DNA of 64,000 nt from Mobula birostris (GCF_030028105.1 NC_092375.1:44491130-44555129); one strand, 5' to 3'; counted from the stretch's first letter, positions 40,720 to 54,994 are shown. A program made the numbers and translations. Notes: generated from the letters alone by a model not told the origin.

Positions 40720-42897
40720 AGACAAGAGAATGGAGTTGAGAGGGATACTAAAATTAGCCATGATGGAATGATGTAGTCGTCTTGATGAGGGTAGGGGGAA
40801 TCACCTAATTCTGCTCCTCATTTGTCTTGGGGTCTTTTGGTTCATCACACAAACTAGTTTATTGCATCTGTATTTTGCATCAAAATATGAGTGTTTTGTT
40901 GAAATGATAGAAAATATGAGATAGCAATCAGTCTCAAGAAAGAGGAAGTTTTAACCTTGGGAGAGGGTTTGGCAGATGTACCTTGATTTACATTGAGGGC
41001 TGCCAGTGATGAGACACTTTTTGGACATAATCGCTGCAGGCAACTGTCGAGGATAGACATTTGTTGGAGGGCACTGCCTGCCAATGCTATCTGACAAATA
41101 GTACAGGAGATTACAGCATATTCCAACAGCCAGTGACAAATTCAAAAATAATTTTTATTTGTGGTCATCAAGGGAGGAAAATGGACAGCTGCCACAGCTA
41201 TTTTTCACTCTCACCACTTAACAATTAGAAAGTTTGGCCCTGGTGGATCATTGGCAGGGAATTGAAGGCCATAATCAGACACAACAGCAAAAGAGACTTA
41301 AGAGGCCAAGTGACCTTTTCCCATTCTAAATTGCTATACCTGAGTGACTTGTGAATCAAATCAATTGCTCATTAATTCAGCTTTTGACATAATTGGACCG
41401 TCAATTTTTAAAAATGACCAGCAATAGAAATGGTAGAGTTTTCTTTTTATTGAATCTCCACGGTTGTGACTCTCACAGATTGCCATTCTTTAATAAGTAT
41501 ATGAGAATAAAAACTGTAAACTTGAAATAAAAGCAGAAGATGTTGGATATTAAGTAATGCCGAGTCAGCATCTGTAGGCAAGACAGGCTAATACTCTAGG
41601 TGCATTTGCTTCATGAGAACAGCGCAATAGTTTTTTTCCGCATGGATCACTGCTAGGATTAAAATACTGCTGACAGGAAAATGCAGGCTCCTCTCCCTTT
41701 AACGACAGATGGGTTTGAATTAAACTGCTGAGCCTGGGACAGTGAGAAGGATTGGATTTCTCTGCTCCACTCCCATAGCGACTCAACTTTCATTCCAAGA
41801 ATAAAATTTACCTTCCACTCTGTAGGCTCAAGCACCCAAATTCAAAAATTCGTGGCACTTGGAAAAAAATGAGAATTCTTTGCTAAATGATTATACTGAA
41901 ATATTGACTTAGATATGCCAAAATGGTACCTTGTTGGGCTGTGTGAGGATTGACCTAGTCAAGTGTCAAATGTAGGAGCTGAATAACAGAGAGAAGACTG
42001 ACTGGAATAAGAGATATGGCCTTGCCAGACACTGACTGACGTGCGAATACTTTGAATATTCCAAAAGATAGTGTGATTCCTGGCGGAGACATTTCTTTGA
42101 TGTCTCTGCGGATAAATGTAGTACATGAATTCTGAGAGCAAAGAAGAGCTTCAAGTACTTCTTTTGTTAATTGCCTCATCCATGAAGGCATTTGACTCTT
42201 GTCTGGGACAGTTATGAAGCTGTTGGCTGTTTTCCGATACTGTGTCACACTTGACAATGAATGCCAGCAGTCTGTTCAGTCCTAAGGTCTCCACAGCTGA
42301 GGCGGAACAACCTCGATTGATATTGATCTGTAAGCACTGCGGGGGAGTTGCTCGCTATTTTGTGGACTTCCTTTGTTTGGATTCAAAAGGTTATTAGGAC
42401 CCAGCTGGTGCCCATTTGAGATCAGCTAACTCTGCATTGACTCTCCTTTTTAGCTTTTCACTGTGAGCATCCACTAAACCAAAGGTGTTTTGGTCTGATG
42501 TGAATCTTCACCTGATCTTTCAGTTACAGAGGCAGAAACCTGACAAATCTGGGACTAGGGCAGGAAAACTGGAGTGGGGGGAATCCCAAGATATTCTCCT
42601 TCCAATTTCCAACCAATGATGATTGCTGGGAAGTACAGCTTTACAGCATCGGGTGTGAACAATGCAATGGCTCCCGCAGTCGAATGCTCCACAGATATTT
42701 GACATATGAAGTTTGAAATAGTGGCCTAAATCATCATGGGGGAACACTAAAAACAAACATCATGCCAACAATAATAATGGGAGGAAGCCTGGTGTCATAG
42801 GGAATGGGAATGGAAGGACGCCCCAATGCTTTAGTGATGCACACTCCAGCATCAGACGCAGATTAGTGCCTGCACAAACACTAGGAATGTATGACAA

Positions 42898-43205
42898 AGA
42901 TTAAGATTAGCCTTATTTGTCACATGTATATCGAAACATACATCGTTTCTGTGTCAATGACCAACACATTCCAAGGATTGTGCTGGGGGCAGCCTGCAAG
43001 TGTCACAAACAAACCTCTCCGGCACAAACAAGTATGCCTGCAACTCATTAACCCTAACTGTACATCTTCATGAACGGGGGAGGAAACTGGCAATGTAGAG
43101 GAAGCCCCCACAGTCACAGGGGAGACATACTAACTCCTTACAGACGGCAGGAATCGAACCACGCGCAGGTGGTGATCGCTGGTGCTGTAAGGCCATTCTG
43201 CTGCC
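42898..43205 (-). mobile_element. V-SINE-like SINE with LINE-derived tail
   Basis: The reverse complement has ggttcgattcctgccgtctgtaaggagttagtatgtctcccctgtgac and ends aataaggctaatcttaatc. Confidence 0.65.
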
Positions 43206-44569
43206 TTGGCACTCATCTAGAGTTAACATTTAAAACTTGAGATATTGTGTTGGATACACACACCCTCAAGCAGCATTTACCAGAATGAGATAAACTATAG
43301 TGTAAATGCATAAATTTCACTTTTATTTTTGCAGGGTTGTCTGGTAAATGTAATCCTTGGAGATAACATTAGAGATGCTATTGACAGTCAATACGTCAAT
43401 CTAAGCATCAAAAAGACATTACTCGAGTACACAGAATTGCATAGACAATAGGACTAGACAGTTGTCTCAGGCTGAGTACAATTTACAGGAAATAATTTAG
43501 TCCATCATTACGTGAGCCTCAGGCTATTAAAGAAAATCAACGCTGTTAGTTCCTCCTGCATGGATATACCATCGAAGTGTTTCTCCAATATGTCTTTGCT
43601 ACTTTCTAATAATTCGGAGTATTTCATAATTATACAGTAGAGTACATATCATAGGGTTGGACACAATAAGTATCTGCACAGGATTTGGAGTTCTTACATT
43701 ATTACAGCAAAATCATGGAATAAAACTTTTACTTTGCCACCAATTTACAATCAAGGAAGATTATATTCTGATTTGGTTTGTTTTACATCTCTGATCAAAT
43801 TCAAATGCCCAGCATTGTATATATGTATAAAAATGACAACGTCATTACAAGAACATAATGGCAAAACAAAAATGCCTCTTAAAAAAGAAGTGTTGTGGTT
43901 TTGTTAACACAACTGGAAACACCGTAATCACAAAACATGCATTCCTAATCATGTTATCAAATGTATTGTGTATCACTCTATTTTAATCAATGAACAAAAT
44001 TCACAGAACCATCTCCCAGTTACATTGGTGTTTGATGGCCAGCCTCATGTAGAAGTCGTAGTGCAGGTTTGCAACTGAGCATGATTAGGTGAAATGCAAA
44101 ATGATAAAATAGTAATGAATTCAATCTAGGATGCAGTTAAATTTAGAGGAGAAACAATGTACATTTTAAAACACACTTCATTAACAATGATGACAAGGTT
44201 TTAAAACCATATTACATGAACACTAGATGAAATATAGTCTTAAAGGTCCAAACTCGCCATTTAACATCATTTTGAATGGTTTTTAGCCAAACTTCTGCAG
44301 GTAATCAGGAGTCCGTAAAGACAAACCCCTACCTGCACCCCGCCCCCTTGAAATTAATGGTCAGGCCGTGACTGGTTGAGTCATTCCAATTCCTGGGGAC
44401 GACCATTACCAGTATGATGAAGTGAGACAAGTCCTGATGAATTTTTACACTGATCAGCAGAGATTGTTCTTCCTTGCACCAATTTAGGAAGCTTAACACC
44501 TCAGGGCAAGTCCTGATGAATTTTTACTCAGCCATCATTAAGAGTGTTGTCACCACCTATATCACCGTT

Positions 44570-46005
44570 TGCTTCCTCCCTCTCCAAGTCTGGACTGCAC
44601 TGTGGCAAAGAAATCCATATATTCACCATTCTCTGGCTAAAGAAATTTCCACCTCATATCCGTTCTAAAAGGACGCCTCTCTGTTCTGAGGTGTGTCCTC
44701 TGGTCTTAGATTCTCCCATCATAGGAAACATCTTCTCCACATCCACTCTAACAAGGCCATTGGATAGGTTTCAATGAGGTCACCCCTCATTCATCTGAAT
44801 TCTAGTGAATACAGGCCCAGAGCCATCAAACACTCGTCATATGAGAAGCCTTTCAGTCCTGGAATAATTTCCGTTAACTTCCTTTTAACCCTCTTCAGTT
44901 TCAGCAAATCCTTTCTTAGATAAGGAGCCCAAAACTGTTCACAAGTGCTTTATAAAGTCTCAATATTGCAACCTTGCTTTTATATTCTAGTCCTCATAAA
45001 ATGAAGGCTAACATTGCCTTTGCGTTCCTCACCACAGACTCAACTTGCAAATTAACCTTTAGGGAATTATGCACAAGGACTCCCTTTAAAAAAATAACCA
45101 ACCCTTCCAATTCTTCTACCAAAGTGCATGACCATACACTTCCCGACACTGTAGTCCCTCTGCTATTTCTTTGCCCATTCTCCTAATCTGTCCTTCTGTA
45201 CCCTCTCTACTTCCTCAAAGCTACCTGCCCCTCCACCTGTCTTCATATTGCCTGTAGACTTTGCAACAAAGCCACCAATTCCATCATCCAAATCATTGAC
45301 ATATAATGTAAAAAGAATCTGTCCCAACATAAACCCTGCGGAACACCACTAGTCACCCGCAGCCAGTCAGAAAAGCCTCCCTTAATTCCCACTATTTACC
45401 TCCTGGCAATCAGCCACTGCTTTATCCAGGTTAGAGTCTTTCCTGTAATACCATGGGCTCGTAGTTTGTTAAGCAGCCTCATGTGTGGCACCTTGTCAGT
45501 GGCCTTCTGAAAATCCCAAGTACATAACATCAACCACCTCTCCTTTGATTATCCTGCTTGTTATTTCTTCAAAGAATTCCAATAGATTTGTCAAGCAAGA
45601 CTTTCCTTTTAGCAAACTATACTGACCACGGCCTATTTTACCATGTGCCTCCAAGTACCCCAAGACCTCATCCTTAATAATGGACTCTAACATCTTCCCA
45701 GCCACTGAGGTCAGACTGACTGGACTATAATTTCCTTTCTTCTACCTCTCTCCCTTCTTGAAGAGTGGACTGAAATTTGCAATTTTCCAGTCTTCTTGAA
45801 CCATTCAAGAATCTAGTGATTCTTGAAAGATCATTACTAATGCTGCTACAATCTCTTCAGGGTCACCTCTTTCAGTACTCTGGGGTGTACATCGTCTGGT
45901 CCAGGTGACTTATCTACTTTCAGATATTTCAGTTTCCCAAGAACCTTCTCTCTAGTTACGGTAACTTCACACACTTCGTGCCCCCTGAAACCCGGAACTT
46001 TTACC
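44570..46005 (-). mobile_element. CR1 ORF2 fragment
   Basis: ORFs 45846-46091 (KSPGPDDVHPRVLKE) and 45496-45705 (KSCLTNLLEFFEEIT). Confidence 0.85.
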
Positions 46006-47770
46006 TGGACCAAATGGATGACATCCCAGGGTTCTGAAGGATGTAGCTGAAGAGATTGTGGAGGCATTAGTAATGATCTTTCAAGTATCACTGGATTCTG
46101 GAATAATTCCTGAGGACTGAAAAATTCCTCTCTATCACTCCACTCTTTAAGAAAAGTGGGAAGCAGAAGAAAGGAAATTATAGACCATTTAGTCTGACGT
46201 CTGTGGTTGGAAAAATATTGGAGTCGATTATTAAGAGTGAGGTTTCAGGGTACATGGAAGCACATGATAAAATACAATACTGTGCCAAAGTCTTAGACAC
46301 TTATGTAAAGCTAGGGTGCCTATGGCTTTTGCACAGTACCGAAATAATTTTAAGTTTTGCACTGTCCTGCTGCAAAAAAACAAATGTCAAGACATATGTG
46401 AATGATGATAAAACTGATTCTGATATAGGTCTCAGGTGTGAACTGGAAGTGGTAAGGGGGCAGGAGAAGGCAATCATGTTTGGGAAAAGGGGAAGGGAGG
46501 AAGGAGGGAGCAGGAAGCACCAAAGAGACATTCTGTAATGATTAATAAACCAGTTTGTTTTGGAATCAAACGACCTTGCCTGCTGTCTTGTGGCTGGGTC
46601 AGTTTGAACCTGCACCCGGTATTCCTCCTCTGCCATCTGTCCCACAACCCTCTGGCAGGGCTTTGTCTTAGCCATTCACATGTATCCTTTGCTCCTGCCA
46701 GATTTACAAACTCACTTTACAAAAACCTGTTGGAATCCGTTGATAAAATAACAGGCAGGATAGGGAAAGGAGAGTCAGTGGATGTTGTTTACTTGAATTT
46801 TCAGAAGGCCTGTGACAAGGTGCCACACGTGATGCTACTCAACAAGAGCCCATGGAATTACAGGAAAGGTACTAGCATGAACAGAAGATTGGCAGATTGA
46901 CAGGAGGCAAAAAATTGGAACAAAGGAGGCATTCTCTGGTTGGCTGCCAATGATTAATGGTGTGCGGCAGGAGTCAGTGTTGGGAGCGCTTCTTTTCACG
47001 TTGCATGTCAATGAATTGGATGAAGGAACTGATGGCTTTGTGGGCAAGTTTGCAGATGATACAAAGATAGGTGGAGGAGAAGTAGTGTGGAGGGGCAGGT
47101 CATGTTGAGGAAACAGGTTTTCTGCAGAAGAACTTTGACAGATTGGGGGATTGGGCAAAATATCGGCAGATGGAATATGATGTAGGGAAGGGGTATGGTT
47201 GTGCACTTTGGTTCAAGCAATAAAGACAAGAACACGTTATAGATGGGGAGAAATTTTTTTTAAAAATCAGAGGTGCAAAGGGGCTTGGGAGTCCTCGTGC
47301 AGGATTCCCTAAAGGTTAACTTGCAGGTTGGGTCAATGGTAAGGAAGATTAATGCAATGTTAGAATTCATTTCAAGTGGACTAGAATACAAAAGCAAGGA
47401 TGTAATGCTGAGGCTTTATAAGGCATTGGTCAGCATACTTGGAGTACTGAGAGCAGTTTTGGGCCCCTGATCTAAGAAAAAATGTACTGGTACAGGAGGT
47501 TCACAAGAATGATCACAGGAATGAAAGAGTTAACATATGAGGAGTGTTTGATAGCTCTGGGCCTGTACTCACTGAGGTGGAGGGGAGCAGGGGCATTGGG
47601 GATTTCAGTAAAACCTGTTTAATATTGAATGGTCTAGATAAAGTGGACATAGAGAGAAGTTTCCTATAGTGGGGACTTTAGGAGTCTAGGAACAGAGGAT
47701 ACAGCCTCAGAATCAAGGGTCATCCATTCAGAACAGAGATAAGGAAACATCTTTAGTCACAGGGTGAGAT
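46005..47770 (+). mobile_element. CR1 ORF2 fragment with internal deletions and insertions
   Basis: cctggaccaaatgg..cccagggttctgaagg; VYLNFQKACDKVPH; LEYKSKDVMLRLYKALV. Confidence 0.8.
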
Positions 47771-47784
47771 TCATTGCCACAGAC

Positions 47785-50700
47785 AGACCATAACCACAAG
47801 ACCATAAGACATAAGAATAGAATTAGGCCATTTGGCCCATCGAGTCTATTCCACATTCAGTCATGGCTGATCTTTTTTCACCTGCTTAGCCCCACTCTCC
47901 GGCCTTCTCTCTGTAACCTTCGATGCCATGGCCAATCAAGGACCTATCAATCTCTGCCTTAAATACAATCAACGCCCTGGCCTCCACAGCTACCTGTGGT
48001 AACAAATTCCACAAATTCACCATCCTCTGTCTAAAGAAATTTCCCTGCACCTCTGTTTTAAACGGACACCCCTGTCCTGAGGCTGTGCCCTCTTGTGCTG
48101 GAGTCCCCTCCCATGGGAAACATCCTTTACACATCTACACTGTTTAGGCCTTTCAACATTCAAAAAGTGTTAATGCGATTCCCCCTCATCCTTCTAAATT
48201 CCAGCGAGTACAGACCGAGAGCCATTAAACATTCCTCGTATGATAACGCTTTCATTCCCAGAATAATCCTTATGAATCTTCTCTGGACCCTCTCCAATGC
48301 AAGCACATCTTTTCTTAGATGAGGAGCCCAAAACTGTTCACAATACTCAAGGTGAGGCCTCACCAGTGCCTTATAAAGCCTCAGTGTCACATCCCTGCTC
48401 TTGTACCCTAGGCCTCTTGAAATGAATGCTAACATTGCATTTGCCTTCCTCACCACCTGCTCAACCTGCAGTTTAACCTTTAGGGCGTTTTGCACAAGGA
48501 CTCCCAAGTTCTTTTACACCTCAGATTTTTAGATTTTCTCCCCATTTAGAAAATAGTCTGCACATTTATTTTTTCTATCAAAGTGCATGACCATGCATTT
48601 TCCAACATTATATTTCATTTGCCATTTTCTTGCCCATTCTCTGAATCGAAGTTCTTCTGTATCCTACCTGTTTCCTCAACACCACCTGCCCCTCCATCAA
48701 TCTTCATATTATCTGCAAAGCTGGCAACAAAACCATCTATTCCATCACCTAAATCATTGATATAGAGCATAAAAAGAGGTGGGCCCAACACTTACCCCTA
48801 TGGAACACCACTAGTCACTGGTAGCCAAGCAAAAAAGAATCCTTTAATTCCCACTCACTGCCTCCTACCAATCAGACAAGACTTTAACCATGCTAGTAAC
48901 TTTCATGTAATACCATGGGCTCTTAACTTGGTAAGCAGCCTCACGTGTGGCACCTTGTCAAAAGCCATCTGAAAATTCAAATATACAACATCCACTGCAA
49001 CCCCTTTATCTATCCTACTTGAAATCTCCTCAAAGAATTCCAACAGGTTTGCCAGGCAGGAATTTCCCTGAAGGAAACCATGCTGACTTTGACCTATCTT
49101 GTCCTGTGTCACCAAGTACTCCATCACCTCATCCTGAACAATTGGCTCCAACATCTTCCCAACCACTGAGGTCGGGCTAACTGGTCTATAGTTTCCTTTC
49201 TGCTGCCTACCTCCTTTCTTAGGGAGTGGAGTGACATTTGCAATTTTCCAGTCCTCTTTTTTGACTTCTCCAGCACATTCAACACCATCCGTCCTGCTCT
49301 GCTGGGGGAGAAGCTGACAGCGATGCAGGTGGCTGCTTCCCTGGTGTCATGGATTCTTGATTACCTGACTGGCAGACCACAGTACGTGTGCTTGCAACAC
49401 TGTGTGCCCGACAGAGTGATCAGCAGCACTGGGGTTCCACAGGGGACTGTCTTGTCTCCCTTTCTCTTCACCATTTACACCTCAGACTTCAACTACTGCA
49501 CAGAGTCTTGTCATCTTCAGAAGTTTTCGGATGACTCTGCCATAGTTGGATGCATCAGCAAGGGAGATGAGACTGAGTACAGGGCTACGGTAGGAAATTT
49601 TGCCACATGGTGTGAGCAGAATTATCTGCAGCTTAATGTGAAAAAGACTAAGGAGCTGGTGGTAGACCTGAGGACAGCTAAGGTACCAGTGACCTCTGTT
49701 TCCATCCAGGGGGTCAGTGTGGACATGGTGGAGGATTACAAATACCTGGGGATACGAATTGACAATAAACTGGACTGGTCAAAGAACACTGAGGCTGTCT
49801 ACAAGAAAGGTCAGAGCCATCTCTATTTCCTGAGGAGACTGAGGTCCTTTAACATCTGCCGGACGATGCTGAGGATGTTCTACAAGTCTGTGGTGGCCAG
49901 TGCTATCATGTTTGCTGTTGTGTGCTAGGCAGCAGGCTGAGGGTAGCAGACACCAACACAATCAACAAACTCATTCGTAACGCCAGTGATGTTGTGGGGA
50001 TGGAACTGGACTCTCTCACGGTGGTGTCTGAAAAGAGGATGCTGTCTAAGTTGCATGACGTCTTGGTCAATGTCCTCCATCCACTACATAATGTACCGGG
50101 TGGGCACAGGAGTACATTCAGCCAGAGACTCATTCCACCGAGATGCAGCACAGAGCGTCATAGGAAGTCATTCCTGCCTGTGTCCATCAAACTTTACAAC
50201 TCCTCCCTTGGAAGGTCAGACACCCTGAGCCAATAGGCTGGTCCTGGATTTATTTCATAATTTACTGTCATAATTTACATATTACTATTTAACTATTTAT
50301 GGTTCTATTACTATCTTTTATTTATGGTGCAACTGTAAAGAAAAACAATTTCCCCCGGGATCAATAAAGTATGACTATGACCATACCAGAGTCCAATGAT
50401 TTTTGAAAGATCATGACTGATGTCTTCACAATCTCTACCACTACCTCTTTCAGAACTCCAGTGTGCAGTTCATCTGGTCCGGGTGATTTACGTACCTTTA
50501 GGTCTTTTGGCTTTTTGAGCACCTTTTCCCTTGTAATAGTAACTGCACTCACTTCTCTTTCCTAACACCCTTCAATACCTGATATACTGTCAGTGTCTTC
50601 CACAGCGAAGACTGGTGCAAAATATTCATTTAGTTCATCTGCTATCTCCTTATCCCGCTATTATTTCTCTGGCCTAATTTTCTAGCGGTCTTATATCCAC

Positions 50701-51470
50701 ATTCATCTCTCCTGTTTTATTTTATATACTTGAGAAAGCTTTTTCTATCCACCTTGATACTGTTTGCTTGCTTGGTTTCACATTTCATCATGTCTTTTTT
50801 AAAGTTGTTTTCTGTAGATTTGTAAAAGTTTCCCAATCCTCTATCTATCTTCCTGCTAATTTTTGCTTTGTTGTATGCCCTCTTCTGCTTTTATATTAGC
50901 TTTGGCTTCCCTTGTCAGCTACAGTTGCACTATTTTGCCATTTAAGTATCTCTTTGTTTTTGGAATACATCTATCCTGTTCCATCCTCATTTTTCCCAGA
51001 AACTCAAGCCATTGCTGCTCTGCTGTTACCCCTGCCAGAACCTCCTTCCAATTTACTTTGGCCAACTCCTCACTCCTACCACTCCACTAAAACACTGCTA
51101 TGTCAGATTTGACTTTCTCCCTATCAAATTTCAAGTTGATTTCAATCATATTGTGGTCACTGCTTCACAAGGGTTCCTTTACCTTAAGCTCCCTAATCAC
51201 CTCCAATTCATTATATAACACCCAATCTTGTCCAGCAGATCCCCTAGTAGGCTCAATGACAAACTGCTCTAAAAAGTCATCTTGCAGGCTTTCAACAAAT
51301 TCACTCTCCTGAGATCCATTATCAACGTGATCTACCTGCATGTTAAAATCTCTCATTACTATCATAACATTGCCCTTTTGGCACTCCTTTTCTCTTTCTC
51401 ATTGTAATCTGCAGTCCCGATCCCAACTACTGTTTAAGGCCTCTATATAGCGGCTATCAGGATCCCTTTA
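47785..51470 (-). mobile_element. CR1 ORF2 (endonuclease end to 3' tail) interrupted by Rex1
   Basis: Minus-strand ORFs 51165-51365, 50361-50552, 48903-49166, 48160-48507 and 47886-48134 follow CR1 order; tcttatg tail at ~47800. Confidence 0.9.
49258..50381 (+). mobile_element. Second Rex1/Babar subfamily, 5'-truncated, nested in CR1
   Basis: [48 protein letters not shown]; ends aataaagtatgactatgac. Confidence 0.9.
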
Positions 51471-53901
51471 CCCTTGCAGTTTCTTATCTCAACATCTTCC
51501 AATCCTATGTCAGACTTTTCTAATGATTTGATGCCATGCCGACCTTCCTACTCCTCTGATACAATATGTAACCTTGGCCATTCAGCTTCCAACTACACCC
51601 ACCTTCAGGTAGTTGTGCAAGCAAAGTCATTGGGTATATTTAAGTCGGAGGTTGATAGGTTCTTGATTAATCAGGGCGTCAAAGGTTACGGGGAGAAGGT
51701 AGGAGAATAGGATTGGGAGGGATAATAAATCAGTCATGATGGAATGGTGGAGCAGACACGAAGGGCTTAATTCTGCTCCTATGTGTAATCGTTTTATGGA
51801 CTACCAGTCATTTCCAAATTTCCTATCCTGTGGCTATCTAGCCTCTCAACAAAACTCACTCAGGTGTAATACTCTAATTGTCCCTGCGCAACATCTATTA
51901 ACCGTCTTTCCTGCTCTCTTTATTCTGCTGATAATTATTTAGTCTGTTCATATGTTCACATTTATGTAAGATTGATTATTGACATTTGGGATAATTGTTG
52001 ATTGCTCATCATTGTTTACACTAGTGCCTTGTAACCTGTTGGTTGCTATTGTGTTGTCTGTTATGGTACTATCCTGTGTTTTATGCTTGGCACCGAACCA
52101 CAATCAGTTCTGGTATGTTTCAAGTATTGGCAATAAAGTGATTCTGATTCTGAATCTGAAAGAAACTGCAATAAAACTCCAGGCTACCAATACAACGAGA
52201 AAGGCATTTTACATGGCCTCCAGCCAGAAAGAAACAGCAGCCTGTGGTGGCTCGGAGTACCTACTGTCAACAGAAGAGGACACAGAGGCCTCCTTGCTGG
52301 AAGCATTTGAGTTATTTCCTTTATATCACAATGTCACTGATTGTCAGAACTGCCTGTGGCGATAGCTCAGCAACCAAAATACAGCATCAGCATGAGACAT
52401 CTCATGCTTTCGCGCACTGAAAAATTAATTTATTTCACAGTTCAAAAATGAAGCTCACCTTTGACAGAATCAACAACTTACAATTATAATTTTAGGAGCC
52501 TGAATTCCATAGAAAAAAAGCCGTATTTAAAAGAGAACATTGTTTTTCATATAGGTCAATGTATTCACATTATAGGAATAAATAAGACTAGGGCCTATAA
52601 AGTGGTTTAAAAGATGCATTTACTGATAACAAGATGCATTTCAGGTAAAAACTTTGTTTGGGAAATATTCCTAATGTTAGTATGTTTTTAATAAAATGAA
52701 AATAGTGAAAAATTCCATCATGGCTTTGCATATGAAAGATTATTAAATAAATCAAAAGCATAGGTTGCACAATAATAGGAAGGCACTATCTCTGGGGACA
52801 AATGCAGCAATAGGCATTAGAATCATGTGCAGTTATCTGTTGTATCCAAATGTTCCTTTCAGAAGGTCTTCTGCAAAAGTATTGCATAAGAGGCTTTTCT
52901 ATATAACTGACACACTGGGTGTTAAGAGGCAGATAAAATGATGACTTGAGAATTAGCTGAAAGAGATTGCAGGTGAATTTGGATAAGCCTGGAATACCAC
53001 TTGGATAAATGCTCAGAACTTCAGCTGTGAACAATCTGCATCTAACTTTTGTGAAGAGACCAAGCTGGCAAATTGGCTTCCTAATACGGCACAGAAAGCA
53101 AACTGTACGGAAATTGGAAAATAAATCACAAAGTGACATAAACTGGTTAGTTAACATAATATGCTGGAAATATTCTGTTGGTCAAGCAACAGAGAGAAAG
53201 AAACAGAATTCATGTACCAAGTCAAAGGCAAACATTGGTTCAGAAATGTACCCGAGGTTAGTGATGTTTTATGAAGGCAACTGACTTCATTTTCAGAGCA
53301 GGGTCTGCTCATCTGCAGGAGTGCTGCCAATGCATGATCCCTCATTTAATGCTGGGGTATCCCAGCATGGAAAGGTTTCCCTATTGGAATGCACAGCAAC
53401 AGAGTAGAGCAATCGACACACCTGCACATCTGTGTATCACATAGGTGCAGCTGAATGCTTGTAGTTTCTTTGGACCACTGGCCATTGCCAGCATGAATCA
53501 GTCACTGTTTCATCCTTACACTACATTTTGTTTATGCTCCATTTACAATATCCTCACATACTGGGTGACATTCAGATTTGGAAAGGGTGCAGACAAGAAT
53601 TTACCTGATTAATTTGCAGGTTAAACCATCTTCATTAAAAAGATAGGATCAAGAAATTAGGCTGCTACACTTTAAGGAGATGCAGCCTTAGGGTGACCTG
53701 ATTGAGGACTAAAGAAATGATGAAAAAGCTCAACTGTGTTTGAATAGATATTTGTTTCTGCTAAATGGGTTAGGAAGACCACGGGACACAATTTCAAGCC
53801 AAGTGCACTGGGAGGTATCAGAAAATAGTCCTGTTAAAGGGAATCATGCCCCATGGATCAGGCCGCTGGCTTGCTTGGTGAACGTTTATTTGTTTTGGGG
53901 C

Positions 53902-54990
53902 AAACACACACAAAATGCTGGAGGAACTCAGCAGACCAGGCAATATCTATGGAAATGAATAATGAGTCGACGTTTCGGGCTGAGACCCTTCATCAGGACT
54001 GGAAAAGAAAGATGAGAAGTCAGACTAAGAAGCTGGGAGGAATGGAAGAAGCACAAGATAGCAGGTGATAGATGAAACCACAGGGCGAGGGGTGAACGAA
54101 AGAGGAGGTAAGTTGATAGCTGAAAGAGATACAGGACTGAAGGAAGGGGAATCTGACAGAAGGTTATGAAAGAAAGGGAAGGAGGAGCACCAGAGGGAGG
54201 GGCTGGGCAGATAAGGAGATAGGACAGAGAGGGAGACAGGAATGGGGAATGGAGAAGGGTGAGGGGGCATTACAGGAAGCTCGAGAAATGGATGCTCATG
54301 ACATCAGGTTGGAGACTACCCAGACAAATTATAAAGTGTTGCTCCTCTAACCTGACTGTGGCCTCATCACGACATGCCAGAATGGGAAAGGGAAGTAGAA
54401 TTGAAACGGGTGGCCACCAGGAGATCCCACTTTTTCTGGTGAACAGAACAAAGGTGCTCAGCGATGCCTTCTCCCAATCTCCATCAGGTTTCACCAATAC
54501 ACAGGAGACCACACCAGGAGCACCAGATACAGTAGATGGCCCCAACAAACTCATAGGTGAAATTTAGTTTCACCTGGAAGGGCTGTTTGGGGATCCGAAT
54601 GGCTGTAAGAGAGGAGGTGTAGTACAGTAGTTGCTCCACCAGACTCACAGGTGAAATGTCGCCTCATCTGGAAGGACTGTTGGGGGCTGTATACGGTAGT
54701 GAGGGAGGTGGTGTGGGAATAGGTGTGGCACTTGTTCCGCTTGCAAGGATCAGTGTCAGGAGGAAGATCAGTGGGGAGGGATATGTGGATGAGGGAGTCG
54801 TGTAGGGAGCGATCCCTGCAGAAGTGTAAAAGGGGGGGGGGGGGAAATGAGGGAAAGATATGCTCGGTGGTGGGATAGCACCAAGCCTGACCTGCTGGGT
54901 TTCTCCAGCACTTTGTGTGTTTTACCTTGGTTATCCAGCATCTGCAGGTTTGCTCGTGTGTGTGATTTATTTGTTGTTCATTCAAACAAG
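53902..54990 (-). mobile_element. PLE 3' part, followed by a short inverted terminal repeat at ~54885-54990
   Basis: ORF 54270-54554 reads EATVRLEEQHFIICLGSLQPD; CKRNKCHTY..HFTCES pre-GIY motif; terminal repeat at ~53902-54010. Confidence 0.87.
53965..54000 (-). ncRNA. Minimal type I hammerhead ribozyme motif, intact core, sense to IGSF3
   Basis: AGUC-CUGAUGA-A-GGG(UCUCAG)CCC-GAAA-CG-UC^GACU, with predicted cleavage between 53969 and 53968. Confidence 0.78.
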
Positions 54991-54994
54991 ATCC

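Larger units (their letters stand above)
38300..40830 (+). mobile_element. CR1 3' fragment split by an I/Nimb insertion (38300-38832 and 40720-40830)
   Basis: gactagaatataaaagcaaggatg..ggtcagacc..aaaggttacaaggagaagacaagagaatgg resumes as agttgagagggatactaaaattagccatgatggaatg. Confidence 0.8.
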
